Assembly: GCA_025061115.1 (NCBI GenBank)
Contig: JANZKC010000001.1
Coordinates: forward strand, 224,001-288,000
DNA from: Candidatus Culexmicrobium cathedralense
Lineage (GTDB): Archaea; Thermoproteota; Methanomethylicia; Culexarchaeales; Culexmicrobiaceae
Length of the DNA: 64,000 bases
Direction of reading: 5' to 3'
The notes below the pieces were generated by a model that saw only the letters and a program-made list of their open reading frames with translations, was not told where the DNA came from and made no database searches. Every line of letters begins with the position of its first letter. Within the stretch, counting starts at the first letter, position 1. A program made the position numbers and the translations under genes. This document shows, piece by piece, positions 28,625 through 39,210 of this stretch.

Positions 28625-29864
28625 GGGCAGACTCAACGTCAGCGCTGATCCTCATAGGCTCGCCCACAACGTCAAGAGTAGTTTTAGTATCCTTAAGTCC
28701 AATACCTGAAATCACACATACGATAACTTCGCTCGCATCTATATAACCTTCATTCAGCAACTTCTTAACGAAAGCTATTGGAGCAGCACCGGCAGGTTCA
28801 GCATATATCCCCTCAAACTTAGCTAGAAGCCTGTAAGCCTCTAGGATTTCATCATCACTTACAGCCTCAATTGTTCCTCCGCTTTCTATCACAGCCCTTC
28901 TAAGCAAAGGCCATCCAGCAGGATTTCCAACTGCAATTGCACTTGCAACCGTTTTGGGCCTAACTACAGGCTCAATTTCTTCAAGCCCAGCCTTGAAAGC
29001 CCTAGCCATTGGAGCACAACCTTCAGCTTGTACACAGCCAATCTTAACCTTATCATTAATCCACCCAATCTTTAGGAGCTCGGTAAAACCTTTATGCGCA
29101 CCTATAGCGGCAGTTCCAACGCCAACCGCTTGAACATACCAATCCGGCGCATTCCAGTTCAGTTGCTCGCAAATTTCATATGCAAGAGTTTTCTTGCCCT
29201 CCTGCCTAATTGGATTAATAACTCCACCATTATACATCCACCCCATCTTCTTAGAAACTTCCCCAGCAATTCTACCGGCATCATCGAAAGTTCCATTCAC
29301 AACGATAACTTTAGACCCATAAATCATCATTGAAGCAATCTTCTCTAAACTAGCAGTTTTAGGCACAAACACCACACTAGCAAGGCCTGCAGCTGCAGCA
29401 TAAGCCGCCTGAGCAACCCCAGCATTTCCAGTTGAAAATCCAACCATAGTTGAAATTTTTAGTTCAAGAGCTCTACTTGCAGCGGCTGATGCTCCCCTAT
29501 CCTTAAATGATCCCGTCGGGTTCAAGTAGTCGAGCTTCAAGTAAAGGTTCTTCAATCCTAATTCGCGGCCAAGCCTCCTGCTCCTGATAAGGGGAGTGCC
29601 TCCCTCACCTAAACTTACTATTTTGGAGAAATCCTCGATTGGAATGAACTCCCGGTATCTCCACATGTTGAAGTCTCTAAGCTGAAGCTTACCTTTATTA
29701 ACCGTGGAAGCTATGGCATCATAGTTAAGCTGAAATTCAACCACCGAGCCGCACTTGCTACAGAAGTTAACTAGCTCAGAAGGGGAATACTCAGCTCCAC
29801 ACTTAATGCACCTTTGACATATAACTCGGCTCAAGCTACCACCCCAACAATCAAACTTCAACAC
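28593..29864 (-). CDS. thrC: Threonine synthase
   Basis: N-terminal Zn ribbon, SLGEGGTPL, NPTGSFKDRG, STGN, EGKKT, EGIYAEP. Confidence 0.88.
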   Translation of the reverse strand: MLKFDCWGGSLSRVICQRCIKCGAEYSPSELVNFCSKCGSVVEFQLNYDAIASTVNKGKLQLRDFNMWRYREFIPIEDFSKIVSLGEGGTPLIRSRRLGRELGLKNLYLKLDYLNPTGSFKDRGASAAASRALELKISTMVGFSTGNAGVAQAAYAAAAGLASVVFVPKTASLEKIASMMIYGSKVIVVNGTFDDAGRIAGEVSKKMGWMYNGGVINPIRQEGKKTLAYEICEQLNWNAPDWYVQAVGVGTAAIGAHKGFTELLKIGWINDKVKIGCVQAEGCAPMARAFKAGLEEIEPVVRPKTVASAIAVGNPAGWPLLRRAVIESGGTIEAVSDDEILEAYRLLAKFEGIYAEPAGAAPIAFVKKLLNEGYIDASEVIVCVISGIGLKDTKTTLDVVGEPMRISADVESALKVLQGAPSQ

Positions 29865-30270
29865 CCTCTAGTATGCGCAAAGCATCCTTAAGGATTTCCT
29901 CGTGATCGAAAGCCATGTTCATTGGAATCTCCCTAAATAGTTTAACCTCTGCAACTTCATCGCAAACGCGCAGTTCCCCGCCTACAGGCTTAGCTAGAAA
30001 AGCTATTGAAACAACATGTCCTCTAGGGTCGCGCTCTGGCTTGGAGTAAACTCCAATTAGCCTTACAAGCTCAACTTTAAGGCCAGTCTCCTCCTCAGCC
30101 TCCCTCACAGCAGCCTCCTCAACTGCTTCACCATACTCTACAAATCCCCCTGGAATAGCCCAGCAACCTGCAAATGGCGGATTCCTCCTCCGAATTAGGA
30201 CGAAAGATCTGTCGGGAAAAACTATCACTACGTCGACAGCAAGCATGGGAGACCTTCTCAACAATCTCAC
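29851..30270 (-). CDS. NUDIX hydrolase (ADP-ribose pyrophosphatase-like)
   Basis: Nudix box GGFVEYGEAVEEAAVREAEEETGL, RDPRG, AFDH. Confidence 0.92.
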   Translation of the reverse strand: MRLLRRSPMLAVDVVIVFPDRSFVLIRRRNPPFAGCWAIPGGFVEYGEAVEEAAVREAEEETGLKVELVRLIGVYSKPERDPRGHVVSIAFLAKPVGGELRVCDEVAEVKLFREIPMNMAFDHEEILKDALRILEGVEV

Positions 30271-30298
30271 CGAGAAAAAGTGAGGAGAACAATTATTA

Positions 30299-31666
30299 AT
30301 GCTAAGCGCAACTACTCAAGATATCGAAAGGCTAAAAGGCACACTTAAAGTTACTTTACTTCTAGGTGAAAAAATGTTCATGCCAGGTGAAAAATCTAGG
30401 AAGCTATATGAGCGGGCAAAAAAAGTCTTTCCAGCTGGAGTAAGCTATGCAATAAGGTTCTTTGAACCCCACCCGTTCTACGTAGCTAAAACCAAAGGCT
30501 GTAGAGTTTATGACGTGGATGGAAATGAGTTCGTTGATTACTGGATGGGTCATGGAGCGCTAATATTAGGTCACAATCACCCACTAATGGTTAAAGCAGT
30601 TAAAGAGGCAGCTGAAATAGGAACTCACTTCGGCTTAGCTCATGAATATGAAGTGAAATATGCTGAACAAGTAGTTAAAATGATTCCAAGCGCAGAAATG
30701 GTTAGATTCACAAACAGCGGAACTGAGGCAAACATGTATGCAGTTCGCCTAGCAAGAGCATACACCAAGAGAACTAAAATTGGCAAGTTTGAAGGCGGAT
30801 GGCATGGCGGATACGACGCGCTGCACCTAGCTGTAAGCTATCCATTCGACAAGCCCGAGTCAGCAGGCCTAACTGAAGGAGCAACTAAGGACACGGTGAT
30901 CCTTCCATTCAACGACTTGGATGGAGTTAGAAAGAAGTTCAAGGAACACGAACTGGCATGCGTTGTAATTGAGCCAGTTATAGGAGCTGGAGGATGCATT
31001 CCGGCAGAAAAGGAGTTTCTCAAAGGGCTGAGAGAACTATGCGATGAAACTGGAACGCTCCTAATATTCGACGAAGTAATAACTGGATTTAGGCTGGCTC
31101 CAGGAGGCGGCCAGCAGTTTTACGGAGTATATCCAGACATAACTGTTTTAGGTAAAATACTTGGCGGCGGCGGCCTACCAGTAGGCGCAGTATGCTCTCG
31201 AAGGGAGATAATGGAGTTAATGGACCACACAAAGCACCCCGATAAAAGTGAAAGAGTCTTTCACGGCGGCACATACACTGCAAATCCACTCGTTAGCTAC
31301 GTTGGCTACACAATACTAAAGGAACTTGAGAAGGGATATGTCTACAGCCACATAAACAAGCTTGGAGAAAAGCTAATGAGGCAGCTTGAAGACGTATTTC
31401 AAAAATACAACTTCAAAGCCCACGTAACTGGGGTAGGATCAATAATTGGAATACACTTTACTGAGGAAAAGCCAACCGACGCTAGAAAGGCAAATGAAAC
31501 CAAGGACGTTGAATTAACAAAGAATTATCATGCACATCTCCTTAAAAACAAGATAATAGTAGTAAAGCCTACGCTGCCACACCTATTCCTAAGCTACGCC
31601 CACACCGACAACGAAATAGATGACTTCATAAGAACTACCGAGGAATTCGTCAAGAACATAAGGTAA
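30299..31666 (+). CDS. hemL: Glutamate-1-semialdehyde aminomutase-like class III aminotransferase (true start probably ~30374)
   Basis: DVDGNEFVDY, NSGTEA, FEGGWHG, FDEVITGFR, LGKILGGG, GGTYTANP. Confidence 0.82.
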   Translation: MLSATTQDIERLKGTLKVTLLLGEKMFMPGEKSRKLYERAKKVFPAGVSYAIRFFEPHPFYVAKTKGCRVYDVDGNEFVDYWMGHGALILGHNHPLMVKAVKEAAEIGTHFGLAHEYEVKYAEQVVKMIPSAEMVRFTNSGTEANMYAVRLARAYTKRTKIGKFEGGWHGGYDALHLAVSYPFDKPESAGLTEGATKDTVILPFNDLDGVRKKFKEHELACVVIEPVIGAGGCIPAEKEFLKGLRELCDETGTLLIFDEVITGFRLAPGGGQQFYGVYPDITVLGKILGGGGLPVGAVCSRREIMELMDHTKHPDKSERVFHGGTYTANPLVSYVGYTILKELEKGYVYSHINKLGEKLMRQLEDVFQKYNFKAHVTGVGSIIGIHFTEEKPTDARKANETKDVELTKNYHAHLLKNKIIVVKPTLPHLFLSYAHTDNEIDDFIRTTEEFVKNIR

Positions 31667-31672
31667 AGCAGA

Positions 31673-31864
31673 CTAAGAAGCGGTAACACTAACTGATTGA
31701 AAAGTGATTTCGGAAAGAGGTTTCCTACAAAGGGGGCAGACGCCCCTTAACTTTCTATAACAAATATCGCAAATGTATATTCCACATTTATCACACATAT
31801 ACGCCTCATCATCCCTATAAACTTTCTTACCGCATCTCAAGCACCTACCAACAACGAACGCCAT
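31673..31864 (-). CDS. Small C4C4 RING-like Zn-finger protein
   Basis: C-x2-C-x12-C-x2-C-x4-C-x2-C-x7-C-x2-C ending CPLCRKP; GGAGG upstream. Confidence 0.75.
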   Translation of the reverse strand: MAFVVGRCLRCGKKVYRDDEAYMCDKCGIYICDICYRKLRGVCPLCRKPLSEITFQSVSVTAS

Positions 31865-31956
31865 AAATGCTGTACCTCCATGCCGGCATATAATGGCATG
31901 AAACTAAAGATTTAAAGTTTTTGAACTACTCAACAAGATATAGCGGTGAGAAGTAA

Positions 31957-33282
31957 TTGAACTTGATAAGAAGCCACTCAGGATTTAGAGGAATATATGG
32001 TGAGCAGCTAACGCCCAAAATAGCCTATATAATCGCAAACGCATATGCCAAGGCCATTCAACCAAGAATAGTTCTCATAGGGAGAGATACCAGGCTATCA
32101 GGCTCAGCACTAAAAAATGCAGCAATTGCAGGCCTCACCTCGGCAGGCGTAGATGTTATAGACGTAGACGTAGCACCTACACCAGCAATACTCTTTGGCG
32201 TAAGGCTGCTGAACTGCGATGGCGGCATAATAATATCAGCATCTCACAATCCACCGGAGTGGAATGCCATAAAGCTTGCAGGTAGAGAAGGACTGCTCTT
32301 AACTTCAAGTCAAGTAGACAAGATTATAAGCGAATTAGATAAGGAGGAAATCTCGCCCAGGCAAGGGACAGTTAGGAAGCTAGATATAACCGAAAAGTAT
32401 ATTGAGGAACTAATTAAGCACGTAGACAAGGAAGCAATCGGAAAAGCGCAATTAAAAGTTGTTGTAGATCCTGGAGGAGGAGCAGCATCACATACAACGC
32501 CCAAGCTACTCGCAAAATTGGGATGCAAAGTCATAACAATAAATTCAACACCCGGCCTTTTCACTCGAAAAATTGAGCCAACCCAAGACTCCCTAAAGGA
32601 TTTGCAAATTACAGTTAAAGCTGTAGGAGCAGACGCAGGATTCGCACATGACTGCGATGCTGATAGGATAGCATGCGTTGATGAAAAGGGAAATGCGGTT
32701 AGAGAGGACTATGGAGTAGCAGTTGCAGTAAATCACGAACTAGCAGTTGAAGGGCATAAAAAGCTAGTGGTCAACATAGCCTCATCAAAAGTATTTGAAG
32801 ATATAGCAGAAATGCATGGAGCCGAGATTTACTGGAGCAAAGTAGGAGAAGCAAACGTGGTTAGGAAGATGATTGAAGTAGACAGCGAAATTGGCGCTGA
32901 AGGAAGCAGCGGAGGATTAATCATTAAGAAATTCCACCTAGCAAGAGATGGAGCGTTAGCTGCAATCAAAATCCTCGAAGCCATGGCAAAAAGCGGAGAA
33001 AAACTTTCAAAACTCATTGGGAAGCTACCCACATACTATTTAAGCAAGGCATCACTGCCATGCCCCCCAGAAAGGATTGCGGAGAAAATCGAGAAAATCG
33101 CTAAAAGGTGGAGTAGAATAGCAAGAATAGACTTAACCGATGGAATTAAAATAATTGGTGAAAGCTGGTGGATATTGGTGAGACCCTCAAAAACAGAGCC
33201 AGTCATTAGAATTATGACTGAAGCTAAAAGCAAGGAGGAAGCTTCAAAACTGCTGAAAGAAGTCGTTGACATGGTCAAGTAA
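31957..33282 (+). CDS. Alpha-D-phosphohexomutase (GlmM/PMM-PGM)
   Basis: GRDTR, SASHNP, DCDADR, AEGSSG, RPSKTEP. Confidence 0.92.
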   Translation: MNLIRSHSGFRGIYGEQLTPKIAYIIANAYAKAIQPRIVLIGRDTRLSGSALKNAAIAGLTSAGVDVIDVDVAPTPAILFGVRLLNCDGGIIISASHNPPEWNAIKLAGREGLLLTSSQVDKIISELDKEEISPRQGTVRKLDITEKYIEELIKHVDKEAIGKAQLKVVVDPGGGAASHTTPKLLAKLGCKVITINSTPGLFTRKIEPTQDSLKDLQITVKAVGADAGFAHDCDADRIACVDEKGNAVREDYGVAVAVNHELAVEGHKKLVVNIASSKVFEDIAEMHGAEIYWSKVGEANVVRKMIEVDSEIGAEGSSGGLIIKKFHLARDGALAAIKILEAMAKSGEKLSKLIGKLPTYYLSKASLPCPPERIAEKIEKIAKRWSRIARIDLTDGIKIIGESWWILVRPSKTEPVIRIMTEAKSKEEASKLLKEVVDMVK

Positions 33283-33327
33283 TATATACAATTGCACTAA
33301 ATAGTAAACTAGTAGAATAGCAACCTG

Positions 33328-34308
33328 ATGTGCAAAACCATGAGCATGAAGGAAGAAATAAGAATATTAGAGGTATCGTCAGGCGACTACAACATCGAAT
33401 TGACAAGCTCAAAACTAAAAATAAAGTCAGGCCCACTTCAAGATCCATTCATCAAGCTATTTAGATTCACGGATTTCTACAAAACCCCATTTAAAAGAAG
33501 TATTCTCTGGACAGTCAACATCGAAGAAATACCTGTAAAAAACATAAAGTCCATTTCCATAGAGCGAGACAAGCTCAAAATCACTTGGACAAAAGAGGAG
33601 AATAAGCGCATGAAGCAGAATGAAACTAAAATCAGGTTGAAGCCATATCAAGCAAAAATACTCAAGGAAGCCATTCTAAAGCTAATTAAGGGCGAAGACC
33701 CATTAAAGCTCGCCACGGAGTACTCCAAGTACGCCCTAGGCTACTTCAAAGTAATTGAAGATGAAAAATGCATAATAATAGTGCGCGAAAGCACCATTGA
33801 AATTCAAGACCCAGAAATATACAAAATAGCGTATGGCAGAATACCACTAATAGCACCAACACCAGCCATCATGCAAGCAACCCGCCTATATGCTGAAAAA
33901 ATACCATTAGATGAAATTTCAAAACTCGAATTGGCAAAAAGGCCAAGTAGAGATGGAGCATATATCGTCGAATTTAAGCTTAGAGGCGGAAGAGAGAAGA
34001 AAGTAAAATTCAAAAGCAAATCAAAAGCTGAAGAGCTACTTGAAGTTGTAAATAGAATTATAGAAGCTAGAAAGGCCATAAGAAGAATTGCAGGAGAGGA
34101 GCGAACTCCCATACCCGGCAGAAGCCTTCAACCAACAGATGAATGGAAAAGAAAAATCTTCGAAGATGCAGCCAGCTTTCTGGCGCTCTTCATGATAATA
34201 TACATTATGTTAACAGAACTCGTTGCAAAATCACTTCTAACAATGCTCCTCAGCATTGCAGCAGCATTAGCAGCAACAGTAATCCTGAAAAGAATTAGAG
34301 GAGACTAA
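33328..34308 (+). CDS. Hypothetical protein: two PH-like beta repeats and two C-terminal TM helices
   Basis: Repeated EEIPVKNIKSI / EKIPLDEISKL pattern and a hydrophobic C-terminal hairpin. Confidence 0.65.
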   Translation: MCKTMSMKEEIRILEVSSGDYNIELTSSKLKIKSGPLQDPFIKLFRFTDFYKTPFKRSILWTVNIEEIPVKNIKSISIERDKLKITWTKEENKRMKQNETKIRLKPYQAKILKEAILKLIKGEDPLKLATEYSKYALGYFKVIEDEKCIIIVRESTIEIQDPEIYKIAYGRIPLIAPTPAIMQATRLYAEKIPLDEISKLELAKRPSRDGAYIVEFKLRGGREKKVKFKSKSKAEELLEVVNRIIEARKAIRRIAGEERTPIPGRSLQPTDEWKRKIFEDAASFLALFMIIYIMLTELVAKSLLTMLLSIAAALAATVILKRIRGD

Positions 34309-34331
34309 TACAGCATAAGCGGAGGTCAAAC

Positions 34332-35303
34332 ATGATTAGTTTGCTGGTTTGGCTCTGCACCTACAACTGCAACTTAAACTGCACCCACTGCTACATTAAA
34401 GGTAGAAGCTCAAATGAGATTAACACTGAAAATGCAATGAGGCTAATCAGCCAAGTTGCAGAAATTATGCCTAGGCACTTCTCGATTAGCGGAGGCGAAC
34501 CGCTAACAAGAAAAGATATATTCAAATTGCTAGAAGCATGTCAAAGCTACATGCTAAATACAAGCATAGTCACCAATGGCATGTTGCTAGGAGAGGCTGA
34601 AGCTGAAAAGCTCGCCAAACTGGACATACATGTTTACATAAGCCTAGACGCAGCGACAAAAGAAACCGCAAGCCTAATAAGAGGAGTAAAAGCTTGGAAC
34701 TCAGCATTAAAAGCCATCAAAAACATGAGTAAAGCAGGAGTTAAATTCTCAACGATAATGACAATTACCCCCGAAAATTACTTAGAAGCAGGCAAATTCG
34801 TCGAGCTTTCAGCCGAAGTGAAAGCAAGCCACGCATCCCTAATACCCATGATACCAAGCGGGGCAGCAGCAAAAAGAGAGTTAAAGTCGCACCAGCTACT
34901 TATGGCATTTAGGCAAGCAGAGGAAAAAGCCGACGAACTAGGTTTTCCCATTAGCTTTTGGTGCTCGCCATACTTGAAGTGGATTAAAAAGTCAAAGTAC
35001 ATTTACATAGGAGGATGTCCAGACAATGCGATCGACATAGATCCTGAAGGAAACACACTATTGTGCGATGTGCTCCAAATAAAAATAAACAATGCACTTA
35101 AACTTGGATTAAAACGCGCAATAAAAGAGTACATGAGCCACCCAATATCGCAGATGTTCAAGAATCCTTCCGCACTTAAAGGAAAGTGCAAAAACTGTCA
35201 GTATAAGGAAAAATGCGGAGGAGGATGCAGAGCAAGAGCATACTTAAAATCTGGCGATTTCTTTAGCTCAGACCCTCTATGCCCACTAACCAAGCAGGCA
35301 TGA
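34332..35303 (+). CDS. Radical SAM/SPASM protein
   Basis: CNLNCTHC, SGGEP, SPASM CKNC..KEKCGGGCRARA..DPLC. Confidence 0.93.
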   Translation: MISLLVWLCTYNCNLNCTHCYIKGRSSNEINTENAMRLISQVAEIMPRHFSISGGEPLTRKDIFKLLEACQSYMLNTSIVTNGMLLGEAEAEKLAKLDIHVYISLDAATKETASLIRGVKAWNSALKAIKNMSKAGVKFSTIMTITPENYLEAGKFVELSAEVKASHASLIPMIPSGAAAKRELKSHQLLMAFRQAEEKADELGFPISFWCSPYLKWIKKSKYIYIGGCPDNAIDIDPEGNTLLCDVLQIKINNALKLGLKRAIKEYMSHPISQMFKNPSALKGKCKNCQYKEKCGGGCRARAYLKSGDFFSSDPLCPLTKQA

Positions 35304-35364
35304 TGTTTCAAGCATAACTCGCAACCAACCAAGTTAAATACATATTAAAGTCAAATAAACTGCG

Positions 35365-36294
35365 ATGCACGCCGAATATGGAGCTCAAAGCGAATATGGC
35401 AAGCTAGTTAAAGCAATCATGCACGTCCCAGGAGAAGAGATAAACTTAGTTAATGGAGAGAATCGAAGGGACTACCTATTTAGAGAAGTTCCAGACTTGG
35501 AAAAGCTTAGGGAGGAACACTACAAGCTCATGAAAACCTTGAAAGACGAAGGCGTTCAAATAATCCTGCTAGAAGAGGTGCTAAAAGGCACCGACCTTAT
35601 GGAAATAATTGAAATGTGCCCAAACGCCTTCTTCACAAGAGACACTGGAACAGTAACAAAACTTGGAGCAATAATTGGAAGAATGGCCAAGCCATGTAGA
35701 GCAGCTGAACCAATAATAATGATGGAAGCTCTAAAGAGAATTGGAGTTCCAATAACACTTAAGGTCGAAGCTCCAGCCACATTTGAAGGGGGAGATGCCG
35801 TCTGGCTAGGCGAAGAAACTCTAATGATTGGATATGAAACGAGAACGAGCGAAGATGCAGTAAATCAAATAGCAAAGCTAGTTCTAGGAAAAGCAGTAGA
35901 AAAGGTAATAGCAGTTCCATTAACCAAGGACAGAGTTCACCTCGATGGAACTCTAATGATACTCTCCAAAGAAGTAGCAGTCTCAAGAGTAGAAGGCATA
36001 TCCACCTACCCAAGCAAGATCTACAGCAAAGAAGGAGTAAAGCTAATCAACCTACTAAACTGGCTTGAAAAACAAGGATATGAAGTAATCAGAGTAAGCA
36101 ATAGGGATGATAGGCTCTTCGGAGCAAATCTACTATGCATTGGAGATGGCAAAATCCTATCATACGAGTGGAATAGGAGAGTCATAAAAGAACTTGAGAA
36201 AAGAGGATTCGATGTAATTGGAATTGAAGGTTATGAGCTTATAAAGGCCGGCGGTGGACTCCACTGCATGGTCCTACCAATACTAAGAAAGTAA
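35365..36294 (+). CDS. Amidinotransferase/arginine deiminase-family protein
   Basis: SEYGKL, FTRD, FEGGD, HLDG, GGGLHCM..PILR. Confidence 0.9.
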   Translation: MHAEYGAQSEYGKLVKAIMHVPGEEINLVNGENRRDYLFREVPDLEKLREEHYKLMKTLKDEGVQIILLEEVLKGTDLMEIIEMCPNAFFTRDTGTVTKLGAIIGRMAKPCRAAEPIIMMEALKRIGVPITLKVEAPATFEGGDAVWLGEETLMIGYETRTSEDAVNQIAKLVLGKAVEKVIAVPLTKDRVHLDGTLMILSKEVAVSRVEGISTYPSKIYSKEGVKLINLLNWLEKQGYEVIRVSNRDDRLFGANLLCIGDGKILSYEWNRRVIKELEKRGFDVIGIEGYELIKAGGGLHCMVLPILRK

Positions 36295-36357
36295 TAGCAC
36301 ATTCATGCAAAAGCTTAATATGCCAAGTTAAATCAACTTAACCACCGTGACGAGGCC

Positions 36358-37188
36358 ATGCTGGAGCTCATGACAACCGGCGTAATAGCACTATTCACAG
36401 GGCTAATATCATCAATGCTAGGCATTGGAGGCGGAGTAATACTGGTTCCAACATTCAACTTGATAGTAGGCTTACCAATAAGAAAAGCCATTGGAACAAC
36501 AAAGTTCCTAATACTATTCACATCAACATCATCAGCATTAGCTCACTTCAGGTTTAAGAGAATAGACTGGAAAATCGGATTAATATTAGAGGCAATGGCA
36601 ATTCCAGGATCAATAATAGGAGTACAATTAGTTCAAATACTTCAGCCTGCAGTTTTAAAGCTAATTTTAGGGTCAATTCTAATCATAGCAAGCATAAACA
36701 TGGCAAGGAAAAAGCGAGGCAAAAGCAGCCACAAAACTAGGAAAGAAGGAATATTAAAGACGAAGATGATCACCAAAGACGGCAAAACATATGAGTACGC
36801 ATTTTCAGTCAGCAGAATAATCACAGGACTTCTATTAAGCTTCATAGCTGGCCTAGTAGCTGGAATAACAGGCTTAGGAGGGGGAGTTGTCAACGTCCCA
36901 CTAATGAACCTAGTTCTAGACATGCCAATTCACATTTCAACAGCAACCTCCTCATTCATGATAATGCTCACAACACCTCCAACAGCAGCAGTTCACGCAA
37001 TGCTAAACCACATAGATTACCTAAAAGCACTAGTAGCAATACCAGGAATACTCATTGGAACCCAAGTTGGAGGAAAAATTGTGGGAAAAGTCAAGTCCAC
37101 AACACTGAAAAGAATGTTCGCCGCATTAATCACAACATCGGCAATAAAAATGATATACGATGGAGCAACCATGCTAGGAGCAATATAA
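36358..37188 (+). CDS. TauE/SafE sulfite exporter family protein
   Basis: Two GIGGG/GLGGG..VP repeats, AIGT/STATS motifs, about 8 TM. Confidence 0.9.
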   Translation: MLELMTTGVIALFTGLISSMLGIGGGVILVPTFNLIVGLPIRKAIGTTKFLILFTSTSSALAHFRFKRIDWKIGLILEAMAIPGSIIGVQLVQILQPAVLKLILGSILIIASINMARKKRGKSSHKTRKEGILKTKMITKDGKTYEYAFSVSRIITGLLLSFIAGLVAGITGLGGGVVNVPLMNLVLDMPIHISTATSSFMIMLTTPPTAAVHAMLNHIDYLKALVAIPGILIGTQVGGKIVGKVKSTTLKRMFAALITTSAIKMIYDGATMLGAI

Positions 37189-37225
37189 CATAAAGTAAAT
37201 TAAAGCCATCGCAAAAAATAAAACG

Positions 37226-37786
37226 ATGACAAGGAAAATAAAGATACTAGTCCAGCCGATCGGAAATGTCGATGAAAAAAGCATTAATAGACTAATCGAC
37301 GACCTAAATTCAAAAATAGAATTTTTCTCAGCTTCCCCATCAAATCTCCAATTCTCCATACCACCCGAAGCCTACAATCCACTTAGAAAGCAATACTACT
37401 CACCAGTAATTCTAAGAAAACTTTGCGAAAAACTGATGGACGAGCCATTCAACAGAATTCTAGGCGTAGCCGACATAGACCTCTACGTTGAAGGCTTAAA
37501 CTTCATCTTTGGAGAAGCCCAATTCAAAGGCAAATGCGCAATCATAACCCTATATAGGCTCAAGCCAGAATTCTACGGAGAAGAAAGAAATGACGAACTA
37601 TTATATGAAAGAGCACTTAAAGAGGCCGTGCACGAAATAGGACATACATTAGGGCTAAACCACTGCCCAAACAAGATCTGCGTGATGCATTTCAGCAACA
37701 GCATATGGGATACAGACATTAAAAGCTACAAATACTGTAAAAGCTGCAAAAACAAGCTTCTAAATTTTATCAGCCAAATGAAGTAG
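37226..37786 (+). CDS. amzA: Archaemetzincin Zn metalloprotease
   Basis: LNFIFGEA, HEIGHTLGLNHC....CVMHFS...D.K...YCKSC. Confidence 0.95.
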   Translation: MTRKIKILVQPIGNVDEKSINRLIDDLNSKIEFFSASPSNLQFSIPPEAYNPLRKQYYSPVILRKLCEKLMDEPFNRILGVADIDLYVEGLNFIFGEAQFKGKCAIITLYRLKPEFYGEERNDELLYERALKEAVHEIGHTLGLNHCPNKICVMHFSNSIWDTDIKSYKYCKSCKNKLLNFISQMK

Positions 37787-37961
37787 CACTTTAAAGCAGC
37801 ATTCCAACTTGAAGAATTATACTAGTCGAATTCATGCAAAGCCTAAAAGTAGTCAAATTAAAATGGTAAAAACCTTCAAAGGCTTATTAAAGCCTTCCAA
37901 AACTTCACAACATCAACCAAAACCATCAAAATCAATGCATCAAACAAAGCTAATTACGCAA

Positions 37962-38420
37962 TTATACAACACCTCGAATTCCCTGAATACATTTACGTAT
38001 AATCTCAATTAACTCTTCATACTCGGCATTTGAAAGAACTTTTTCATCATGAGGCTCAGCCCAAATAGGTCTACCCCAAAGCGGGTCAGACTTAAATCTA
38101 GGAATCAAATGCCAATGCAAGTGAGGAACAACATTACCTAAAACAGCATAATTCATCTTGTCAGGCTTAAGCGCCGATTTCAATGCACGAGCAACCACAA
38201 TCATATCCTCAAAGAAGGCAGCTCGCTCATCTTCAGACAAATTGTACAGCTCAACTTCATGCCACTTCAAAACCAGCAAGCACCTACCGTAAAAATATTG
38301 ATCACGATGCAGAGCGGCAACTGAAACCTTTAAATCGCATATCTTAAGAGGAAAGCCATCTTGAAGCAATCTACAGAAAACGCAACTCGAATCATACTTC
38401 CAATTCATCTTCATCACCAC
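37962..38420 (-). CDS. HIT-family nucleotide hydrolase
   Basis: CVFC and HLHWHL (histidine triad). Confidence 0.9.
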   Translation of the reverse strand: MVMKMNWKYDSSCVFCRLLQDGFPLKICDLKVSVAALHRDQYFYGRCLLVLKWHEVELYNLSEDERAAFFEDMIVVARALKSALKPDKMNYAVLGNVVPHLHWHLIPRFKSDPLWGRPIWAEPHDEKVLSNAEYEELIEIIRKCIQGIRGVV

Positions 38421-38598
38421 GCAAATTATAGCAACAAAGAATCAATATACATTATGCAAATTAAGCTACCTCCAACGCGAAATGCCATTAAGTCGTGGTA
38501 CGAATTTGAGATAGTGAAGGGAAATCCAAAGCGGCCGAAAGAAAACTTAAAAACCAATTAGATTAACTAATAAATAAAATAAACTTAAACATACATCG

Positions 38599-39210
38599 GT
38601 GACAAAAATGGAATTTATGCAAGTAGTTAATGAAAGAGCGTCAGTGAGAATGTTCACACAAGAAGAAGTTAACGAAGAGGACTTGAAGAAGATATTGAAT
38701 GCAGCTATAAGAGCTCCAACAGCCTTTGGAGCTGAACAGTGGTTTTTCATAGTGGTTAAAAGCAAAGAATTGAGAATGAAGATCCACGAATTAATGCTAA
38801 AGGCGCACTTAGAGTACTACGAGAAAGCTAGGCTAAAAAGAATTAGTGAAGCAGGAAGGAAAAAGCTAATTGAAAGATTTGCAAGTGGGCTGCACCTCGC
38901 TCCAATTTACATTGCAGTCTACGCAGACCTAACCAATAGGGTTCTTCAAGACGAATACAAATGGCTTGAAGAAACATTGGCTGAGCAAAGTGCGTGCGCA
39001 GCAATTGAAAACATGATACTAGCAGCTCACAGCTTAGGCTATGGAACATGCTGGATTGGATTAGCACTACTGGTTGAAAACAAGCTAAAAGAGCTATTAA
39101 AGCCTCCAGAAAACTCCAAGCTAATAACAATAATATCCTTAGGAAAACCTGCAGGAGAGATCAAGCCTAAACCGAGAAAGCAGTTGGAAGAAGTAGTCAA
39201 AATAATTTAA
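38599..39210 (+). CDS. Nitroreductase family protein
   Basis: R.SVR.F, AIRAPTA, AAIENMILAAHSLGYGTCW. Confidence 0.92.
   Translation: MTKMEFMQVVNERASVRMFTQEEVNEEDLKKILNAAIRAPTAFGAEQWFFIVVKSKELRMKIHELMLKAHLEYYEKARLKRISEAGRKKLIERFASGLHLAPIYIAVYADLTNRVLQDEYKWLEETLAEQSACAAIENMILAAHSLGYGTCWIGLALLVENKLKELLKPPENSKLITIISLGKPAGEIKPKPRKQLEEVVKII

Noticed and set aside
37809-38012. 67-aa ORF and small AAGGCT/AGCCTT hairpin between amzA and the HIT gene
   Set aside because: No motif or RBS; the hairpin is short and at most a terminator.
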